Assembly (NCBI GenBank): GCA_965203485.1
Contig: OZ241892.1
Span: 3,392,001-3,456,000, forward strand
DNA: 64,000 nucleotides
From: Longimicrobiales bacterium
GTDB taxonomy: Bacteria; Gemmatimonadota; Gemmatimonadetes; Longimicrobiales; Gaopeijiaceae
Direction of reading: 5' to 3'
Shown: positions 19,466-27,832 of the stretch, piece by piece
Position numbering within the stretch: position 1 is the stretch's first letter
Layout: every line of letters starts with the position of its first letter
Position numbers and translations under genes: made by a program
Notes under the pieces: generated by a model
Database searches by the model: none
The model's input: the letters and a program-made list of their open reading frames with translations, nothing else
What the model was told of the DNA's origin: nothing

Positions 19466-20715
19466 AGTATCGCAGGACGGCGGCCACGAACGTCGTCTTG
19501 GTGGCTTCCGCGGCCGTGGGGCTTTCCGCATGCGACCCGAGCGACTCCGACGTCGGAGGAGCGCTCCAAGTGGATACGCTGGCCAGCGGCCGAGTCCTGG
19601 TTTCGAATACGGACCATGGCTCGAACGCTGAAGCCAATAGCCTCCGCCTTGTCGAGAAGATGCGAATAGGGAGCGGTGTGACGGGTGATGGCCCGGATGC
19701 TTTGGGAACGGTCGGATCCCTGACAGCCGACATGGCCGGAAATGTGTATGTCGCCGATCCTCAAGTCCAAGAAGTAATTGTGTTCGACTCCGAAGGATCC
19801 TTTGCACGACGGTTGGGCCGGGCCGGACGTGGTCCGAGCGAGCTGATGTGGGCATTCGGCCACATCATGAGCGTCAAGCTCGCGTGGCAGTCGCCCGATC
19901 GGCTTTGGATCAGCGACACGCCGCTCCTGCAACTGCTCGACGCCGATGGATCGGTCATTGCCGTGATCAGAAGAGACGAAGCGTCGTTCACAAGGTTCAA
20001 CATGCCGCCGCGGGTAGACACAATGGCATTTGCCTATTTTGGCGTGTCCTTGCCAGGACGTTATGATGCCGACTTCGTTGTCCGGTACGGCGTTTCCGCA
20101 TCCGATTCGAGTCGGCTTGTTGCGCTCGACAGTCTGCGGTTGGAGCCACTGACAAGCACCGTGCGGTTTTCGACGCCGACGACCAACGACGGTGCTTCCG
20201 TGCAAAGCATGACGTATCTCCCGATGGAATCGCAAGCCGTGTGGACGGTCGGCCCAACCGGCAACGTGTGGCTAGCAAAGACGGCTGAATACCGGTTGCA
20301 CGAGGTGACGTTGGCGGGCGACACGTTGCGCACGATTGAGTTGGCCCGCGAGCCGGATCGCCTCGGAAGCGCCGAGCGCGACAGCTTGGCCAAGGCCTCT
20401 GGATTTGATCTCAGCCAAATACCTGTCCATCGGCCATTGTTCGACCGCCTGGACGTGGCGCCCGACGGTGCCGTGTGGGTCCGCACGGCGCCCCCGAGAG
20501 CGGCATGGGACGTCTTCGACGCGTGCGGACGCTATTTGGGCAACGTGACCGCAGGGGCGCAACCGATACGGGAACCCTTCGTCGTGGTGGCCGGCGGCGC
20601 GCTGTTCGGCGTCGTTACGGACGAACTGGACTTGGAGTATGTCGTGCGGATGCAGCTGTCGCGTGCGGACGGGTCGCCGGTTCGACCGGCGTCCGAGTGT
20701 TGGCCGGAGCGATGA
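19459..20715 (+). CDS. 6-bladed beta-propeller lipoprotein (paralogue B)
   Basis: Lipobox LSAC, GRAGRGPSEL blade motif, C-terminal GVVTDELDLEYVVR. Confidence 0.75.
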   Translation: MLKYRRTAATNVVLVASAAVGLSACDPSDSDVGGALQVDTLASGRVLVSNTDHGSNAEANSLRLVEKMRIGSGVTGDGPDALGTVGSLTADMAGNVYVADPQVQEVIVFDSEGSFARRLGRAGRGPSELMWAFGHIMSVKLAWQSPDRLWISDTPLLQLLDADGSVIAVIRRDEASFTRFNMPPRVDTMAFAYFGVSLPGRYDADFVVRYGVSASDSSRLVALDSLRLEPLTSTVRFSTPTTNDGASVQSMTYLPMESQAVWTVGPTGNVWLAKTAEYRLHEVTLAGDTLRTIELAREPDRLGSAERDSLAKASGFDLSQIPVHRPLFDRLDVAPDGAVWVRTAPPRAAWDVFDACGRYLGNVTAGAQPIREPFVVVAGGALFGVVTDELDLEYVVRMQLSRADGSPVRPASECWPER

Positions 20716-21600
20716 CGGCGGGCGCTGGAGGCGGCCACGCCTGGCGTCCGCGCTGAGGCCGGAGTCGTTCGGACGAGAAACCTGTTCGCCGCCGTGCCGG
20801 CGTCAGCCCGCCGACAGGGCTACGGACATGCTTTCGGCGGCCACCGCTTCTCGTAGCGCCGCAACCTCCGGGGCCCGACCTCCGCGCCGTACACCGTACA
20901 CGTTGCCGTGCCGGTCCCGCGCAACCCAGCCGCATCGCGCCAGTCTTGCCCATCGGGTCGCCCTGCGACCGTGGTCTTGCCCGATACCGGCATCGCCCGC
21001 CTCGTGCGCGAGGTTAAAGAGGCCCCAGACCTCCGTCCGCGCGCCGCCAGCACCGACCCGGCCATCGTGCCGCCGGCCAGTCTGATGTTCCCGACCCATG
21101 GAACCTTCAGGAGACGCCGAGCAAAGGATCGTCGAACTGCTGACCACGGGTGGCGATGCGAATTGGCACGTCGGCGTGGCGGCGGCTCTCTCGGTGGCGC
21201 CGGAAGAGAGATCGTCGGCCTTGATCGTAGGCATGATCGAGGCGTGGCGGCGAGACGTGGAATGGAGCACCAGCCGTTACGCGGCTGACCTGGGAACCGC
21301 GAGCCGCGGGGAGACGCCGAGCTATCTTGCCCACCAACTCGCGCTGACGGGCGACCCGGCGATCCTGCCTCCGCTGGCGTGGCGCGCCGCAGGCTTGTCG
21401 GCGGCGGTGGTCTACGAATTCGGGTTGCAGGCCGTGCCGCACACATGCCCTCCTGGGACGCCGGGGGGCCGGAATCCCGTGAGGCGGTTCCGGGAGATGG
21501 TGAAGCTGGCGGTGGAGGGCTGAGGGGGGGACTCGACCTTAGACGCGGCCGATCACCGCCGCCTGTTCTTCCAAGCGTCCCACGAACGCGGCCATTCCGC
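20712..21600. pseudogene. Colinear digest of region 5.4-17.9 kb
   Basis: In order: autotransporter 5' end (20712-20804), NHL 3' end (20842-20917), R fragment (~20928-20955), HEAT-like middle (21113-21442), serine hydrolase pieces (21441-21459, 21457-21523). Confidence 0.8.
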
Positions 21601-21990
21601 CGCCGCCGCGCTGGCCTCCTGCGCGCCACATCCGGCGCTGTGCGCTCCAGGTCGTTGCAGAACGCCTCCAGCATACCCTTGGCCGCGTCTGCGCGTTGCT
21701 GCACGTTGCCTTCGAACAGCTGCTCGATCTCGCGGAGGCTTGTGCGCATCGCCGATTCGGTCGTGCCCAGCGACTGATCGTCGTCTTCCGGCCCTCGCAT
21801 GAGCATGCGCCACGTCCACGCCTCCGGCGGTCCGTCTCCCGGCAAGAACAGCGGCTTGATGGGGTGGCCGAAGTCCTCCGCCGCCTTGACGACCTGGGTC
21901 TCCTTGTCCCGGGAGTCTCCGTCCAGGACGATCACGAAGTCCCAAAGCTTGTCGAACTTGCCGAGCGTGCGCACGTGGGCCGGGAACTCG
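21553..21990 (-). pseudogene. 3' fragment of ATPase-TOPRIM homologue
   Basis: RTLGKFDKLWDFVIVLDGDS...LERTAPD matches ~39281-39748. Confidence 0.85.
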
Positions 21991-21998
21991 CGGCCGTG

Positions 21999-23378
21999 TC
22001 AGTTCACGTCCGTCGGCAAGCGCACCACGCGAACCGTCGCCACGTCGTACTCGCCCAACTCGACGTAGGCCGCCAGACCGCCGGGGCCGAACGCGTCCGG
22101 GACGACGATGCTCGGCGGATAAGTGCCCACGTACCGGCCCTCGGACGACAGCACGTCCAAGGGGCCGTTCGCGACTCCGTCTTCCGCGCGCCGGCGCACC
22201 CAGATGCGCCCGTTCCATGTCGTGTGCAGGTCCTGCACGACGGGCACTTCCTCGTAGAACTTGGCCTCCTCGATCTGCTTTCTGCGTTGCTCGACGCCCA
22301 GCCTGGAGACAATGGTCAGCATGTTGCCCCCGCCGCTGACTCTTCGGTCCTCGCCGTCTTCGTCCTCTGCGGCTTCGAGCGCTTTCAGTTGCCGCTCCCT
22401 CCAAGCTCGCTCGATGCGGCGGGTGACCGGCAAGGGCGGGATGGGCCGCGTGAGCGTGCGAATCACGCCTTCTCCCTCGCCAACGATCTTGATCGCGTAG
22501 GTCGTGGAGTCTGCAAGCGCGACGCTCCCGTCGGGAAGGGGGCCAGCGTGGAGACCGGGCTCGAAGGTGGGCGGCACCTGGCGCCGCAGGTCGAGACTGC
22601 TGAGCACGACGGCCGCGCCTCCTTCGCCACCGCTGACTTGAAGGCCTGCCGGAAGCTCGATCTTCCCTCCGTCGCTCATCGTCGTCTGCGGCGCCCAGGC
22701 GTCTGCGATCGTGGTCGTGCTCGCCTCGTCTCCGTCCAGAAGCACTCGTTCGACCAGACGGTCGGAAGGGGCGGATTCCGAGGAGACGCCGGCAGGACCG
22801 GCCGATATCGTGAGCGCCGGAGCGCCTTCCTGGACGGCGATCAATGCAAGCCCGCTGGGGTCGGCCACTCCTCGCCTGAGCTCCGCCAATCGCGCCCCCA
22901 TGCCACGGGCCGTGGTCGCGTCTACGTCGGGGTCGGCATCTGGACTCACCATGCGCTCGTATTCGCCGTCCGGGCCGAACACCACATAGGCCTGGTGTCC
23001 CATGTCCGTGATCACGACGCGCCCGTCCCGCATCACGGCCATGGACCTGGCAGAGCGCAATTCGCCGGGTCCGTCGCCCGGTCTGCCGAACCGTCGCACA
23101 AGACGCCCCTCCGGACTCACGACGATGGTCTCCGACGCTTGGGAGTCGAAGAAGTATAGATTGCCCTCGCCGTCGAAGCCCGCGTGGCCAATGTGGCCGA
23201 ACTGCTCCCAGTCGGCGCCGGCGATGCCGCCGACGCGGTACACTTCCTCGAATTCCGCTTCAAGGGCCACGTCTCGGCTGGGCAGCTCCACGACTTCCTG
23301 GGCGCTCGCCGACGCAGTGACCGCTCCCAGCGCCGCGGTCATTGCCGCCGCCGTCGCAAGGGTTGTTGCGTTCGTCAT
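21999..23378 (-). CDS. Secreted 6-bladed beta-propeller protein (paralogue A2)
   Basis: GGAGGA RBS, signal peptide ASA-QE, paralogous throughout to 3615-4967. Confidence 0.78.
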   Translation of the reverse strand: MTNATTLATAAAMTAALGAVTASASAQEVVELPSRDVALEAEFEEVYRVGGIAGADWEQFGHIGHAGFDGEGNLYFFDSQASETIVVSPEGRLVRRFGRPGDGPGELRSARSMAVMRDGRVVITDMGHQAYVVFGPDGEYERMVSPDADPDVDATTARGMGARLAELRRGVADPSGLALIAVQEGAPALTISAGPAGVSSESAPSDRLVERVLLDGDEASTTTIADAWAPQTTMSDGGKIELPAGLQVSGGEGGAAVVLSSLDLRRQVPPTFEPGLHAGPLPDGSVALADSTTYAIKIVGEGEGVIRTLTRPIPPLPVTRRIERAWRERQLKALEAAEDEDGEDRRVSGGGNMLTIVSRLGVEQRRKQIEEAKFYEEVPVVQDLHTTWNGRIWVRRRAEDGVANGPLDVLSSEGRYVGTYPPSIVVPDAFGPGGLAAYVELGEYDVATVRVVRLPTDVN

Positions 23379-23820
23379 TCGATTCCTCCATTGCTGATGG
23401 GCGTGGTGCGTGCATCCGGCTGTTCTGCCGACTGGCGGGGCATCGGGAGCTTTGATGTTGCCTCGCGTTGCAGGGTTGCCTCCGGCTTTGCTGGCCGGCG
23501 GGCGCCTCGTCGTGACCACGGCCGGCGCATCTGGCCAACCGGCCGTGCCCTGGGCGGGTTCCCCCTGGGGTTGCCCAGCATGGTGGACACGTCCGATCTT
23601 TCGGAAAGATGAAGTCCACGAGGCCGAGTCGCAAGCAGTCCCCGGTTGGAGTGTCAGCGGCAAACGGCGAGCCGGCCGGCTCGCGGCGACGGCTCCCTGC
23701 GTCAGCGCGCGATTTTCGAGGCGTCGGCGCGGACGCCATTGCGCGCCTCGGTCCGTGAACGTCATGTTTCACGTTACACCGCGTAAACCCAAGGCGTTCC
23801 TGGGCGCGCTTGCGACGGAC

Positions 23821-23861
23821 GTGTCCGAAAATGGCTCGCCTCTTTCGCCCTCCAAGCGTTA
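23821..23861 (+). promoter_or_regulatory. Bipartite motif (copy 2), upstream of the ECF-sigma/AraC gene
   Basis: gtgtccgaaaatggctcg...aagcgtta, 33-bp offset between box starts. Confidence 0.55.
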
Positions 23862-24117
23862 AAATATTAAGATTATGGAGCGCGCCAAATTTCGATGCCG
23901 GTCCGACTTCCCATCCCGTCAAGCCACTAGGAGGCTTCAATGGCGCATCAAGAACCTGGCCCTTGCGACGGTTTTTGTTGCGATCGCCCGGACGACGGAG
24001 GGATACCCGACGGCCACGATGGGGCCTAGCCCGTAGCGTGCCAATGTGCCGCCCCCGCGCCACCCTTGCATGTTCGCATGTAGCGGCAGCTTTCGCTTCG
24101 AAAGGAGCCTCGTTGTC

Positions 24118-25488
24118 GTGACCGGCGAACATGACCCCAAGGATGCCGCGCAAACCGGTCAACCGCTGTGCCATGGCGCCCGAGATGTCGGGCTTCATCT
24201 GGAGTTGCTCCGGGACCGAGACGCTGTTGCGACGGAGAAGCTATTCGACGCCGCGTCGGCGGCCGTCGTCATGGCTGTCCGGCGCTTTGCCGAGGACGAC
24301 GAGGACGCGCAGGAGCTGGCCCAAGGCGCTTGGCATCGGATCCTGAAGAAGTTGCCGCGCTTGGCGCATGACGGCAACCCCGTGGGTTGGTGCGTGATCG
24401 TCGCCCGCAACCATTGCAAGAGCATCTTGCGCCGACGAGCGGCGGAGCCGGAGCTGATGAACTTAGAGCAGGTGGGCGAAGTGGCCGCCGAGACGCCGCA
24501 CGACCCGATCGGCCGCAGGGCAGCGATGCGGGCCGTTCGCGCGAGCGTGGCGGCCCTGTCGGAGTCAGAACGCCGTGCGGTGACCTTGCGGTTGTTGCAG
24601 GAACTCACCTGGGCCGAAACGGCTGGAGAGTTGGGAGTGCCTATTCCAGTGGCCCGCGCCCTTGTCCGCCAGGGTCTCCGCGTGCTCCAAGGCGACCAGT
24701 CCTTGGTTGAGGCCTACGCCGCGCTGGTCGGCAAACCCGCATCCCAGGTGCAAGACGATCTTGAGACATTCCCGCCGCGGCAGCCCATCTTGGCATTTCT
24801 TCGATCCGCGGCGCACCGCCACGAAGCACGGTCCGCCATCGAGTCGCGAGCGGACGTCTTCGGAACGGTGGTTTTTGCCAACGACCGCGGTGACTTTGAG
24901 AAACTGCTCCGAACTCATCGGGAGTCGCCCGTCCTGGTCGATCTTGACACATCGTTGGCGAGGGTGGGAGAGCGCGACTCCCTAGGCAGTGCCGTGCGAT
25001 GGGATCGCGCTTACGCGGACAAAGACGTTTTCTTGTCTGCTTTAGCGCAAGCCATAGTCGCCAAACCGGTAACGTCCTTGGTTGACGGACTTGAAGGACG
25101 AGCGGATCCCAGGGCTTGCGAGATCATGAGTGTCATATTGGATCACGCCTGCGCGCCCTACGGGGTTGTCGCGCTTGCCGATGACCTGCATACCACGGCC
25201 AGAACGCTTGGCCGCCGATGTATTTCCATGCACATTCCTTCGCCCAAGACGCTGATCTCGCTGGGCCGTGTCTTCGTAACCGAGAGCATGATTGATTGGA
25301 GTGGCAGACCAGCGCAGGCTGTGGCGGACGTTTTCCGTTTCTCAGACGCGTCGAGCTACCGACGGCTTGTGAAGAACGTGCTCGGCATGTCGTCTTCGTC
25401 CATCCGCGATCGCGGGGGCGGTACCTACGTGGCGACGGTTATCGCCGAGACGTTGCGTACGGACGCGTGGGACGCGACGGTAAACTGA
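24118..25488 (+). CDS. ECF-type sigma70 factor fused to a C-terminal AraC-like double-HTH domain
   Basis: Region 2 (DAQELAQGAW; WCVIVARNHCKSILRRR), region 4 (LSESERRAVTLR...TWAETAGELGVP), AraC-like LADDLHTTARTLGRRC...FRFSDASSYRRLVKNVLGMSS; AAAGGAG RBS before GTG 24118. Confidence 0.7.
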   Translation: MTGEHDPKDAAQTGQPLCHGARDVGLHLELLRDRDAVATEKLFDAASAAVVMAVRRFAEDDEDAQELAQGAWHRILKKLPRLAHDGNPVGWCVIVARNHCKSILRRRAAEPELMNLEQVGEVAAETPHDPIGRRAAMRAVRASVAALSESERRAVTLRLLQELTWAETAGELGVPIPVARALVRQGLRVLQGDQSLVEAYAALVGKPASQVQDDLETFPPRQPILAFLRSAAHRHEARSAIESRADVFGTVVFANDRGDFEKLLRTHRESPVLVDLDTSLARVGERDSLGSAVRWDRAYADKDVFLSALAQAIVAKPVTSLVDGLEGRADPRACEIMSVILDHACAPYGVVALADDLHTTARTLGRRCISMHIPSPKTLISLGRVFVTESMIDWSGRPAQAVADVFRFSDASSYRRLVKNVLGMSSSSIRDRGGGTYVATVIAETLRTDAWDATVN

Positions 25489-25562
25489 CCCTGCCATGGC
25501 GCTACCCCCACCCACTATCAGGCGAATAGCCCGCGTCCCTCACACTGATGGATGTAGCGGCC

Positions 25563-25603
25563 GTGTCCGAAAATGTCTCGTCCATCCTGCCACATAAGCG
25601 TTA
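25563..25603 (+). promoter_or_regulatory. Bipartite motif (copy 3); isolated first box again at 25719-25729
   Basis: gtgtccgaaaatgtctcg...aagcgtta; spacer diverged but same length. Confidence 0.55.
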
Positions 25604-25728
25604 TCGATATATGTTGCCAATTCGATGATGCGGTGGCGGGGGAGCGCGACCCTCTCGCCGGTGCCGTGCGATGTGATCGCGCGGCATACCCTGTCCGTCC
25701 GAGATCAAGGCTACGGCCGTGTCCGAAA

Positions 25729-26082
25729 ATGGTCTTTGCGGCCTTTGCGACGGCCTTTCTGTGTGTGGCGGCATGTTTGTCGGCATGGGGTGCGTGGGAC
25801 GCTCAGGCTCAGGAGAGTGTTTCGCCGTCATCCGGCGTGGGGCACCTCGGATTATCGTGGTCGTTGGGAGGATTCTCCCTGGCCCTGGTCGCGAACGATT
25901 CCACGCCCAGACGAGCAACGTCATATCCCGTGGTAGTGGGCGTCGCCGAGTGTTCGTCGGTCGTGGCCGCCGCCGGCGCGCTGTTCGGTGTCGTCACGGA
26001 CGAACTGGATTTGGAGTACGTCGTGCGGATGCAACTGTCGCGTGCCGACGGCTCGCCGGTTCGGCCCGCGCCCGAGTGCTAG
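25729..26082 (+). pseudogene. Chimera of a secreted-protein 5' end and the 3' end of propeller B
   Basis: VFAAFATAFL leader resembles the 19307 peptide; ~25960-26079 matches ~20580-20700. Confidence 0.7.
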
Positions 26083-26310
26083 ACGCGAGGAGGGATGCCA
26101 TGGGCGTGACCCATGAGGTTCCGTGGTGGCGGTTGCCCTACGTATCGCCCGTATGGCGACTGATGGCTTCTCGCAGCAGTAACAGGAGCTGTCTATAGTG
26201 CCTACGTCGGTGCTTCGACAACACCGTTCTGGTTGTCGTGCTTTGGGTCACGAAGCGGGAATTTGTGAGTGCGTGATCCGTTGCGCGCAAGGACTGGCTG
26301 GGCATCGCAT

Positions 26311-27611
26311 GTGCGCTCCAGGTCGTTGCAGAACGCCTCCAGCATGCCCTTGGCCGCGTCTGCGCGTTGCTTGCACGCTGCCTTCGAACAACTGCTCGAT
26401 CTCGCGGAGGCTTGCGCGCATCGCCGATTCGGTCGTGCCCAACAGCGGAGCGCAATTCTCCGGCAACTCCTGCGCCGCTTTGACGATCGCTCTTTCCCTG
26501 TCCTGAGTAGCGGCTGAGCGTGCGGATGCAGGCCAGTTTCGACTTCGTCGATCAGAACAAGCGCCCGGTCGAGGAGGGAGAGGTCCTTGGAATCCGCAAT
26601 ATCGTCCGCTCGGCCGACGACATGTGTAGCTCCGAGTACTTCGCGGGCGGATCGCCCTTCACCTCGGCAAAAAGCAGGTCCCGGCCCTCTCTGGCGCCAG
26701 AGCCACGCGGGCGGTATTCCCAGGGAAGCACGCGATGGGCCAGCACGAGCACGCTGGGCGGCACCATCTCCTCCTTGAAGGACTCGCGGCCCATCCCCAG
26801 CAACGCGCGAGCCTCGGCCGAGCGGCTAGTCAGGTTGGCCAGAGTGCGCAGGTGGACGCCGCGCTCAGGCATGTCGCCGCGTGGGTTCTGGCCGCTCCAG
26901 GTTCTGCCGCGACGCGTCCAGGCCACGTCGAACCGCTTGCCATCGGCGGTCCCCCAAAGCTCCAGCTCCGTCTCCGCCGCCTCGTCGGCCAGCCTGGCCA
27001 GATGGCCTGTGAAGTCCGGAAAACACGTCGGCGGGCCCGAGACCCAGCCCTCCGCCCATGGGCGCGTCGTACGCGCAGGCGCGGGCAAAGAGCAACGTGG
27101 ACTTGCCGCAACCGTTCGCCCCCACAAGGACGGACACCGGGTAGGGGAACCGCACCTCGAGTTCTCGAATCCCGCGAAGCTCGCGGATGCGAACGAAGTC
27201 CAGCGAGTCGCGCCTCGGGGCCGAGTCGGCCCGGAGAGCGTTCCAGACTTCCTCGAGTTGCTGGCGATCAGAGACACGACGGTTGCCCCGCCGCCGCGGC
27301 CTAGCGGATCGCGCTCGCCGTCGCGCCCGCGTCCTCGGCGGCAGCCTTGAGGAATTCGCGCTTGTTCATGAGCGGGCTCTCGTCTTGGGGGTGATGGCGT
27401 TGTCCCGGCGCTCGTGGATCGGGACGGTCGTCGGCAACCCGAGCCCTTGCTCGGTGGACGTGCGTCCGAAGAACGTGAGCTCGTGGCCGATTCGTGGCCG
27501 GATCGGCCGCCGCCAGCGCCTCGGGCGCCTGTGGCCTTGAGATACTGCTACGCGCCCGGCGCGCGGGGGCGGCGTTGCGGAGCCGAACGGGGCGGCCAAC
27601 GATCTCGATCC
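26311..27611 (-). pseudogene. Degenerate, multiply deleted copy of the ATPase-TOPRIM gene and its upstream region
   Basis: Colinear with ~39400-41188; Walker A GANGCGKST retained, with frameshifts and deletions. Confidence 0.88.
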
Positions 27612-27644
27612 GCGACCAAGCAGTGCTCGTGCTAGAGCGAATTC

Positions 27645-27722
27645 CTGCCAAAATGGCAGATCGAGTCGTGGCGCCGCCGACAATTCCTGCCTAAATGGCA
27701 GAAGAGGCTGTCAAAATGGCAG
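27645..27722. promoter_or_regulatory. Three palindromic CTGCCA-AAA-TGGCAG-like sites
   Basis: 27645-27659, 27687-27701 and 27708-27722; offsets 42 and 21 bp; ~110 bp upstream of mod. Confidence 0.5.
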
Positions 27723-27832
27723 ATCAGGGATGCTCCTTGGAACTGCTGCCTCTCCGTTTGCCGCTGTCGTCGGTCGTCGATAGGTTCCCCGGCGTCCCGT
27801 CACCAGTTTCACGTCGAGCACGCTGAACGAGC

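Noticed and set aside
27640..27725. Mini CRISPR array
   Set aside because: Repeats are only 15-21 bp, gaps between the 15-bp cores are 27 and 6 bp, and no cas genes are present
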